NCBI GenBank assembly: GCA_963805925.1
Contig: CAWDWB010000007.1
Coordinates: 485,261 to 549,260, forward strand
Direction of reading: 5' to 3'
Length of the DNA stretch: 64,000 nucleotides
Origin: an uncultured Acidobacteriota bacterium
GTDB lineage: Bacteria > Acidobacteriota > Terriglobia > Bryobacterales > UBA6623
Positions 31,825 to 40,554 of this stretch are shown piece by piece (positions within the stretch are counted from its first letter, which is position 1; each line of letters opens with the position of its first letter). The notes beneath the pieces were generated by a model, which did no database searches, was not told the origin of the DNA, and saw only the letters and a program-made list of their open reading frames with translations. The translations under genes and the position numbers were made by a program.

Positions 31825-32130
31825 TTGATTGACGTAATCGCCTCGATAACAGTTAAGCCCGGCTGCCGTGAGAAGCTGCTGGCGCGGTTCCTTGCCAATG
31901 TCCCTCACGTGCTGGCGGAAGAGGGTTGTATTCACTACTACCCGACGATCGATGCCGACTCGGGGCTGCCTCCGCAGCAGAAGGACGAAAACGTGGTGAC
32001 GGTGATTGAGCAATGGAAGAGCTTGGATCACCTGCACGCGCACATCAAAGCGCCGCACATGCTGACCTACCGCGAGGACGTCAAAGACTGGATCGACGGC
32101 GTGAGCCTGAAAGTGCTGAAGAAAGCCTGA
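31825..32130 (+). CDS. ABM-family putative quinol monooxygenase
   Basis: VKPG, EEGCIHY, IEQWKSLDHLHAHIKAPHM. Confidence 0.85.
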   Translation: MIDVIASITVKPGCREKLLARFLANVPHVLAEEGCIHYYPTIDADSGLPPQQKDENVVTVIEQWKSLDHLHAHIKAPHMLTYREDVKDWIDGVSLKVLKKA

Positions 32131-32141
32131 GGTTCTGACCC

Positions 32142-33200
32142 ATGCAATTCCCCGGACGACGACCGCCGCCTCCTCAGAAGCCGAATCAGTTCGTTTTCGA
32201 TTCCGATATGGGCAATCGAATCGACTCGGCGCTGGCGCTGGCCGTGGTCTTCGGGGCCACGTTGCAAGATGAGGCGGGGTCCGAGGTTGTTGCCGTGGGA
32301 ACCTCCAAGGCGAACGTCAATTCAGCGGCGTTCTTGGACATCGTGAGGCGCTTCTTCGAGCGGCCAGCGTTGCAGGCGGAAGGCGAGCCTGGTGGGCGTC
32401 GCGGGCCGCAGTCGATCACCGCGAACCGTGTCGGTTATCGCATGGGCGGCAACACGCCGGAGTCGACGCCGTTGCTGGATGCCGTTGTCGGCAAGAAGGC
32501 CGCCGATGGACATTACATTTACTCCCGGGAAGTGGAGGAAATTTCGCAGACCGCCGATTCAGTCGCCCTACTGCGCGATACGTTGGACGGCTGGCGCAAG
32601 GAAGACGATAAGCCCGGCCCCGGCGTGTTCATCGGGACCGGTCCGGCGACGAATCTTGCTCGACTTCTGAATCTCTCAAAGATGCCCGAGGGAATTGAAG
32701 AAAAGGCGCGTTTGCTAGTCGTGGCCATGGGACGCTTCCCATCCGACGCCGATCCTGTTCACATTGGGCCTGACGTCGAAGCAGCCAGAAAGTTGTTTGC
32801 CGAGTGGCCCGGTCCGATCGTTGCCTGCGGCGCCGAAGTCGGCGAGAAGCTCCATTTCCCAGGCGCCAGTATCGAGAAGGATTTCAGCTGGACGGCGAAT
32901 CATCCGATCGTCGACGCCTACCGCGCCTATAAGCCGATGCCCTACGACGCCGTGGCGTGGGAGACGGCGGCGGCGCTTTACGCCGTGCAGCCTGATGCCG
33001 GGTTCTTCCATCTTTCGGCCCCTGGCCACATCAGCGTCGGTGAAGATGGGACAGCGAGATTCGCTGAAGCTGCCGACGGCAAGCATCGCTATCTAATTTT
33101 TGACGAGAGCAAGCGCGCCGCGATCATCGAGGCGATGACTCGCTTGGCATCGACCGAACCGACGCCGCCGACCGCGCCTCCTCCTCCCCCGGCAGCCTAA
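32142..33200 (+). CDS. Nucleoside-hydrolase-like protein (degenerate motifs)
   Basis: FDSDMGNRIDSALAL, GPATNLA, DVEAA, HPIVDAY, WETAAAL. Confidence 0.65.
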   Translation: MQFPGRRPPPPQKPNQFVFDSDMGNRIDSALALAVVFGATLQDEAGSEVVAVGTSKANVNSAAFLDIVRRFFERPALQAEGEPGGRRGPQSITANRVGYRMGGNTPESTPLLDAVVGKKAADGHYIYSREVEEISQTADSVALLRDTLDGWRKEDDKPGPGVFIGTGPATNLARLLNLSKMPEGIEEKARLLVVAMGRFPSDADPVHIGPDVEAARKLFAEWPGPIVACGAEVGEKLHFPGASIEKDFSWTANHPIVDAYRAYKPMPYDAVAWETAAALYAVQPDAGFFHLSAPGHISVGEDGTARFAEAADGKHRYLIFDESKRAAIIEAMTRLASTEPTPPTAPPPPPAA

Positions 33201-34334
33201 TGGCCTCTCTGGCACGATTCGAACTACTGCCCGTTCGGGCGACCAGCCGCACGGTTTGGCTGTTCGTCCGTCTGTGGACCGATGACGGACTCAGCGGCCT
33301 CGGCGAGGCGTCGGACGCCTTTGGATTTGCCGGCACTTCTTCAGAACAGATCGAACGGATGCGCGCCGAACTGGCGGGCTTCTTCGAAGTGATGAAGGGC
33401 CGCTCGCCGCTCGATGTGGACTTTTATCGGGCGCAAGCGATGGAGAAGGCGCGGACCAACGGCCTGGTTGCCGCCACGGCGTTTAGTGCGATCGAGCAGG
33501 CACTTTGGGACTTGTCCGGCAAGGTACAGGGAGTCCCGACCTACGAGTTGCTGGGCGGCGGGTTGCGGGATCGTTTGGAGGTCTACGCCAACATCAACCG
33601 CGCCTCGTTGCCGCGCACGCCCGAGGGATTTGCGAACACGGCTAGACGGGCGGCGGCTGAAGGGTTCAAGGCCGTGAAGCTGGCGCCGTTCGACGGTTTC
33701 CCCAAACCGGGATCGCCGACCGGCGAGATTCAGGCGGCGGTCGATCTGGGTATCCGTTCGCTCGCAGCGGTACGAGAAACAGTCGGCAAAGATATCGCCA
33801 TCATGGTCGATTGCCACAGCTTCTTTGATGTCGATCTTGCGGCCAGCGTTGCCAAGCGAGTCGAGCCCTTGGATCTGGCTTGGTACGAAGAGCCCGTGCC
33901 GCCTACGGAAATCGCCAAGACGAAGCAGATCGCCGACAGGATCTTGCAGCCGATTGCGGGCGGAGAACTGCTGTTTGGCGTTGAGGGATTTGCGCCTCTG
34001 TGCCAGTCCGGCGCGGTCGATGTGATCATGCCCGACGTGAAGCACTGTGGCGGGCTGCTCGAACTCGTCCGCATCGCTGAGATGGCCCACGCAAACCGCG
34101 TCGCCGTCGCGCCGCACAACCCCAGCGGCCCGGTATCGACGGCAGCGAGCGTCGCGGTCTCCGCCGCCATCGGCAACTTCAAGCTGCTTGAGGTGCAGTG
34201 GGGCGAAGTCGACTGGCGCCCCGATACGTTAGTCCCGCGAGAGTTGTTCGTGGACGGCTCGATCGGCGTGCCCGAGCACCCCCGGCCTCGGCATCGAACT
34301 CAACGAAGCGATCGTCGCCGCACACCGCGCCTAA
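33200..34334 (+). CDS. Mandelate racemase/enolase superfamily dehydratase (DgoD-like), extra C in a C-run near 34280
   Basis: SAIEQALWDL, KAVKLAP, MVDCH, WYEEP, GGE, MPDVKHCGG, APHNPSGP; the true end PGLGIELNEAIVAAHRA* lies in a shifted frame. Confidence 0.85.
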
Positions 34335-34348
34335 ATCGCGCAACTTTT

Positions 34349-34403
34349 CCTGTGGACAATCCACAGGTCTGTGTGGCACTATTCCTGTGGAATATCTACA
34401 GGA
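34349..34403. promoter_or_regulatory. Two tandem palindromes CCTGTGGA-N3-TCCACAGG and TCCTGTGGA-N3-TCTACAGGA upstream of PadR; probable operators over a promoter
   Basis: Read directly; the first overlaps TGGACA (-35-like) and the second directly follows TGnCACTAT (extended -10-like). Confidence 0.7.
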
Positions 34404-34413
34404 GAGCGAGCCG

Positions 34414-34764
34414 GTGTCTGATCCCAAACTCGATTTGCTGCAAGGCACGCTGGACCTGATGGTCTTGCGCACTCTCGAATCGATGGGCGCCATGCACGGC
34501 TACGGCATCGCGCGGCGCATCGAGCAGCTAAGCAACGATCAGGTTCTGCTCAACCAAGGGACGATCTATCCGTCGCTGGTGCGCCTGCAGAACCGCGGAT
34601 GGATCTCTGCGGCGTGGGGCGTCTCGGACAACAATCGCAAGGCGAAGTTCTACTCGATCACCAAGGACGGCAAGCGCCAGATCAAAGAAGAGCTAGCGAA
34701 CTGGGAAAGGCTATCCGCTGTGATGGTGCGCGTTCTCGCCGCCGGAGAGGGCGGCGCGTCATGA
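34414..34764 (+). CDS. PadR family transcriptional regulator (acidobacterial type)
   Basis: LLQGTLDLMVLRTL, HGYGIARRIEQ, NQGTIYPSL, WGVSDNNRKAKFYSIT; GTG start. Confidence 0.92.
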   Translation: MSDPKLDLLQGTLDLMVLRTLESMGAMHGYGIARRIEQLSNDQVLLNQGTIYPSLVRLQNRGWISAAWGVSDNNRKAKFYSITKDGKRQIKEELANWERLSAVMVRVLAAGEGGAS

Positions 34765-36621
34765 GTTTGCTCCGCGAAGCTTGGGCTCGAGTGCGCTCGT
34801 TCTTTCGCAAGCAAGAGCTGGACCGAGATTTCGACGAAGAACTCAGCTTCGCACATCGACCTAGCGACTGAAGACAACCGTCGGCGCGGCATGACGCACG
34901 CTGAAGCGCGCCGCCAAGCGCTGATCCGGCTCGGCGGCATTGAGCCTGCCAAAGAAGCGCACCGCGAGTGGCGCGGCCTCAGTTGCGCGAGCGGTTCGGC
35001 AAACCGTTAGTCGCCTTGATGGCGCTGACGGCGTTGTTGCTGTTGCTGATGTGTATAAACGTTTCGAGCCTGTTGCTGGCGCGGGCCGTCGGCCGCGAGC
35101 GCGAGATGGCGGTGCGCGTTTCGCTCGGTGCCGGACGCTTGCGCTTGTTGCGTCAGGTGCTGACAGAGTCGCTCGCGCTTTCTTCGTTGGCTTGCGCGGC
35201 AGGTCTGGCGCTGGCATACCTTGGCGCTGGGTTGTTGGTTCGCATTGTAGCTTCGGGACGGCGACGCCGGGGACGCTGCCAATTGAGATTGACTTGCGCT
35301 TGGACGAAAGCGTGCTGTTGTTTTCCCTCGTTGCGCTGCCTTGCTGACTGGCTTGCTCTTTGGCCTCGTCCCGGCCCTGCGGGCGTTACGGATCGCACCG
35401 ATGAATCTGCTGCGCGCCGCCGGAAAGTCCTCCGAGACGCGGCTCGCGCGGTTGTTCGGGAAGGTGTTGGTGGCGACCCAGGTGACGCTGTCCGTAGTGT
35501 TGCTGAGCGCGGCTGCACTGTTCGGCGCGCACTTGTCGAATCTGCGCAATGTCGGCGTCGGGTTTGAGCGCGACAACCTTTTGCTGGTGACGCTCGACCC
35601 TGGCGCAGAATTCAAGGGGAAACGCCGCCACCACCGCCGCTTCTCTACCAGGAGCTACTAGGGAATCTGGAAGCATTGCCCGGCGTACGCTCGGCCTCGC
35701 TTGTCGGCGCTACTCCCATCTCTGGCGCGGCCGCTTCGCTCTCATCACCGCAGAGGGATTTGAAGAGCCACAGCAAGATCGCCGCTACACCGCGATGAAC
35801 GGTGTAGGACCGCGCTACTTTGAAACGCTCAACACCCCTTTGCTCGCAGGGCGAGAGTTTGGGGTTCAAGACTGGCAAGGCCGCGATGTTGCGATCGTGA
35901 ATGAGGCCCTCGCTGAACACTATTTCGCTGATCGTGATCCGATTGGAAAGCATGTCACTTTCGACCGTAGCGGTGAGACCTACGAAATCATCGGCGTCGT
36001 CGGAGACGCCAAATACTACGAACTGCGCGATCCGCCGCCCCGCACTATCTATTTGTCGGCCGTCCGGAACGGACGTGTCCAAGCGCGCAATATTGTTCTG
36101 CGAACGGATGTGGCGCCTGCCTCACTGGAGGGCCGGTCCGGCAATCTTGATTCGGCGATGTCCTTGGCGACATTCCCGTGTTGAAGATAACGACGATGAA
36201 TGCGCAAATGGACGAGGCGATCGTTCCCGAACGGCTTGTGGCGCTGCTGTCTGGGCTGTTTGGCGGCTTGGGTGCGGTGCTGGCGGCGATCGGGCTTTAC
36301 GGATTGCTGGCGTATCTCGTTGCGCGGCGCGTCAACGAAATCGGTATCCGCATGGCGCTAGGGGCGACGCCAAACCGCATCGCCGGCATGGTGCTCCGCG
36401 ATGCACTAGCCATGCTCTGTTCAGGGCTCCTCTTGGGTTCCGTGATCGCTTTCTGGAGCAGGCGCCTTGCTGCAGGCGTCTTCAGCGATGTCGTCCCCGA
36501 CAACGGCGCGACCGTCTTACTCAGTGCAGCGTCGATGCTGGCGATCGCCCTGCTGGCAGGCTACATACCGGGTCGCCGCGCGAGCCGTATTAGCCCCACC
36601 GAGGCTCTTAGGCATGACTGA
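34761..36621 (+). pseudogene. ADOP-type ABC permease, internally deleted and frameshifted
   Basis: ATGA overlap with PadR; N-terminal FRKQELDRDFDEEL...EAHREWRGL jumps straight to LRERFGKPLVALM...REREMAVRVSLGAG; several further frameshifts; end RRASRISPTEALRHD*. Confidence 0.85.
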
Positions 36622-36624
36622 GCG

Positions 36625-39298
36625 ATGATCACGCTTCGTGAAGCATGGGCTCGACTGCGCTCGTTCTTTCGCAAGCAAGAATTGGACCGCGAGTTTGACG
36701 AAGAGTTGGCGGCTCACATCGAGCTGGCCGCCGACGATTTCATCCGCCAAGGACTGAGCCCTGCTGAGGCTCGCCGCCAAGCGCTGATCCGGCTCGGCGG
36801 CATTGAGCCCGCCAAAGAAGCGCACCGCGAGAGGCGCGGCCTGCCTTGGCTCGAAGGCGTGATGCAAGACCTACGCTATGCCGTTCGTTCTTTGCGGCGC
36901 AGCCCGGGCTTCACGATTGTCGCGATAGCGAATGCTGGCGTTGGGCATTGGCATGAATGCGCTGGTTTTCACTGTGACCAACGCCGTGCTTGTTCAAGGG
37001 CTTTCCGCTCGTCAAAGAAAATGGTCGACTGCTCTATGTGACCGAGGGAACGGGTTGTTGCGTCTCTTACCCGAATTTTTTGGATTGGCAGGATCAGGCT
37101 TCCTCCTTCCAGTCGATGGCGTTGGTCCACGGCAAGCAACAGAGCTACACCGACGACGGAAGCGGCTTCCCGGAAACTTTCTACACGACCGAGATCACCG
37201 CCAACACGTTCTCCGTGGTTGGGTTGAAGCCGTTCATCGGCCGCGACTTTACCCACGCCGACGAGGTTCCCGGGGCGTCGCCGGTAGCCATCCTGCGCTA
37301 CGGCTTCTGGGAGCGCCGCTACGGAGAAGATCCGTCGATCCTAGGCAAGACGGTACGCGTAAACGGCGTGCCGACGACCGTGATCGGCGTCATGCCACGC
37401 GGTTTCTCCTTTCCGCAGAATCAAGACCTCTGGGTGCCGTTGGTCCCGACTGCGGAAGTGATGCGCCGCGACAATCGCAATACTTGGTTCGCCGTTGGCC
37501 GGCTGGCTGAAGGCGTCAGCGAAGACGCGGCGCGGGCTGAGATGGCGACGATCTTCGGGCGGCTGCGCGATGCTCACCCGGAAACAAACAACGGCCCGCA
37601 CCAACGCGAGACAGTCTACAGGTTCCACGAGTTCTTCATCGGCTCGAACGCAACAACGATTTATCAAGCCCTGTTCGGAGCCGTCTCTTTTGTGCTGCTT
37701 ATCGCTTGCGCGAACTTGGCCAACCTGCTGCTGGCCCGTTCCATGGGTCGCTCGCGAGAGATCTCGCTGCGCCTTGCGCTCGGCGCCGGACGATGGCGGA
37801 TCATTCGGCAACTGCTTGTTGAGAGCTTGATGATTGCCGCCGTGGGCGGCCTGTTGGGCTACGGGATCGCTTATTGGGGCGCGGGCATCTATGCCGCGGT
37901 GGCCAACGGTGTGGGCGCTTCGGATGCGCTGAACGGCACTTGGTTCGACAACATGTTCGATTACTCGATCGACTATCGAGTCGTTGCATACCTGGCGGCA
38001 ATCTCCGTCGGAACCGGTCTGCTTTTTGGGCTCGCCCCGGCGCTCAAGCTGACGCGAACGAATGTCAACGCATCGTTGCAGGACGGGGGCGCGGCGCGAC
38101 GGGCGGGCAACGAACCAAACGCCTGTCGGGCTTGCTGGTCGTTGTCGAGATTGCCCTGGCCGTCGTTCTTCTTGCAGGCGCGGGCGTCATGGTGCGCAGT
38201 TTCCTCAAGATCTACACGGCGGACTCGGGGTTTGATTCCAAGAACATCATCACTTCCCTGCTGGGTCCTCGAAGAGGCGGCACACGAGACCCAAATCAGT
38301 TCTTTTTGCAGCTGACGACGCGCCTCACAGCGATCCCTGGTGTAGAGTCCGTGGCGGTCACATCATCCAACCCCGGAGCGGGTTCTCGCCAGTTGCCCTA
38401 CGACCTTGACGGCTCGAATTATTGGGATGACGTCGACCGAGAACAGCGCCCTCTGCTCTCGATGGTCCAGGTGAGTCCAAGGTACTTCGAGACGATTGGC
38501 GTCGCCTTGCTTGCCGGACGAGACTTCCGTCCAGACGGGAACTCAGCAACGTCGCCCGTCATCGTCAACCAACGGTTCGCTGAGAATTACTGGCCCCAAG
38601 AAGACCCTATAGGCAAACGTCTTCGGGTTTATCAAGATGGGGCGCCCGGAGAATGGCGGACGGTCGTAGGCGTCGTTGCGAACGTCGCTCAACGCAATCC
38701 TCTGGACCCGGAGTCGAATGCGATCGTCTACGCCCCCTTCGACGAGGCGGAGACGGGTAACCGATGGGTACTCGCGCGAACCGAGATGGCGCTTGGCGAT
38801 TTCACGACCGCTCTGCGGCGAGAGATTTATGCCCTGGATCCGGCGCTTCCTATCGACCTTGGACCGTTTGCGCTCGATCAGATGCGGGCGGAACGTTACC
38901 AGTATCGAGGCGTTACGGGAATGATGTTCCTGCTCTGCGCGGTCATTGCGCTGCTGTTGGCGACGGTCGGCCTCTACGCCGTCATCGCTTATTCCATTGA
39001 GCAGCGGACGCAGGAGATCGGAGTGCGCATGGCCCTAGGCGGCACCGCGGGCGATATTCGCAGCCTCGTTCTAAGGCAGGGCATGGCGCAGGTCGGGGCG
39101 GGGCTGGCGATTGGATTAGCCGCTTCGCTTGCCGTCAATCGCTTGCTTGAGGCTCAACTGGTGCAGGTGTCGCCCGATGACCCGGTTACATTTGCCGTCA
39201 CGGCTGCAGCGTTGGTTGCGGCGGCGCTGGTCGGTTGCTTGGTTCCAGCCAGGCGCGCCACTCGGGTCGACCCGTGGACTGCTCTGCGCCACGACTAG
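36625..39298 (+). CDS. ADOP-type duplicated ABC permease, frameshifted (about 36930, 36990, 38090)
   Basis: QDLRYAVRSLRRSPGF, LLIACANLANLLLAR, REISLRLALGAG, QRTQEIGVRMALG, PARRATRVDPWTALRHD*. Confidence 0.88.
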
Positions 39299-39309
39299 AA
39301 CGGAAGGAG

Positions 39310-39337
39310 GCGGCGTCGACTTTCGTCGACACCGTCT
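39310..39337. terminator. Hairpin between convergent genes
   Basis: GGCGGCGTCGAC-TTTC-GTCGACACCGTC. Confidence 0.4.
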
Positions 39338-39398
39338 TGGCGGTAGGCAGTGGTGTACGGCCTAAGGGGCGTTGCGTCCTATTTGTTCCGACTCGTTG

Positions 39399-40367
39399 TC
39401 ATGGAGTCGTATAGAACTGGTACTTAAGCGTCCATCTATCGGACTCGCCGACGCTTGCCTGGATGCTGATGTAGGGTCGGGGCAGAGCGTCGTGTTGGGC
39501 GACCAGAAGAGCAGACGCGACAGCGGTTTGTCGCCGGTGAGACGAACGCCCGCTTTGACTTTGCGGTTCTCGATGTGAAAGGCGTGGTCCGCGGCGGAGT
39601 CGCCGTAGCCGCTGAGCAAGGCGATGATGTTGTCTCCGGCAGGGATCGGTTGGGTGTAAACGAGTTCCTTGCCGTCGGTCTTGGCCCAGCCTTTGAGATC
39701 GCGGTCGGCGGCGATCGGCGAAGGGGAACTCGACGGAGAAGTCGGGTCCGGTCGGTTGACCGTCGATCACGAAGAAGTTGTGGTTGTAGACGTTGGTCTC
39801 GATTCGCTTATCGCCGAGATTGGTCAACGTGTGGTCGATGACGAGTTCGGCCTTGCCGGGCGTCAGCGTCATGCGCTTCGTCAGCCGGTAGCCGTAGCCG
39901 GACTCGGTGGCGACGAGTTCGTGAGTGAACTCGATCCAGTTCTTGCCTTTCTCGATATACCACTCGCCGTGGTTGGTGACTTCGTAGGTCTTGAAGCGCT
40001 CGAAGGGCTTGTCGTCGGGCTTCTTTAACTCGCCGACGCCGATGCGCACGAAGCTTCCGCCGACAGGAGCTTCGTTGTAGCCGAGTCCTTGGTCGTCGGT
40101 GGTGTATTCCTCGACGGGGCCGGTGATGTGGTCGTGCAGGAAGACGTCGTCGGTCTTTTGCCATTCGCCGAAGTATTCGTGGTCGTGGTAGGTGAGGCTG
40201 TAGACGACCCCTGCCCAATCGAAGCGTGTACCGCGGTAGTAGCCGTTATCGACGTCGGGTACGTAGAACCGCGCCGTGATGACGTTATTGGAAATTTCGG
40301 CGGTGGGATAATCGGCGGCTACAAGCAAGGAAGTAGTGAGAAGGAAAAAAACGAGAGCGGATCTCAT
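39399..40367 (-). CDS. Secreted hypothetical protein, probable mutarotase-like beta-sandwich; compensating frameshifts about 39720 and 39480
   Basis: Signal peptide; YYRGTRFDW, YNHNFF; the alternative frame reads TGDKPLSRLLFWS..TLCP while the ORF frame is garbled there. Confidence 0.6.
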   Translation of the reverse strand: MRSALVFFLLTTSLLVAADYPTAEISNNVITARFYVPDVDNGYYRGTRFDWAGVVYSLTYHDHEYFGEWQKTDDVFLHDHITGPVEEYTTDDQGLGYNEAPVGGSFVRIGVGELKKPDDKPFERFKTYEVTNHGEWYIEKGKNWIEFTHELVATESGYGYRLTKRMTLTPGKAELVIDHTLTNLGDKRIETNVYNHNFFVIDGQPTGPDFSVEFPFADRRRPRSQRLGQDRRQGTRLHPTDPCRRQHHRLAQRLRRLRRGPRLSHREPQSQSGRSSHRRQTAVASALLVAQHDALPRPYISIQASVGESDRWTLKYQFYTTP

Positions 40368-40554
40368 GTAACGGGATCTTACACCCCTGGCGGGGCGCCT
40401 GTCTCGCCTCCGCGAGGTTTCGTCCTGCCGGGGGAGCGAGAGTTGAGGAAGGTTCCTTCAGAGGGGCTGGCGCGCAGCTCTAGCGGGAGCGATGCAAGCG
40501 AGCGCTGTTAAGCAAGCTTTTGAGATTATAAGAAGACTTGATCGCCTGGGGCAG

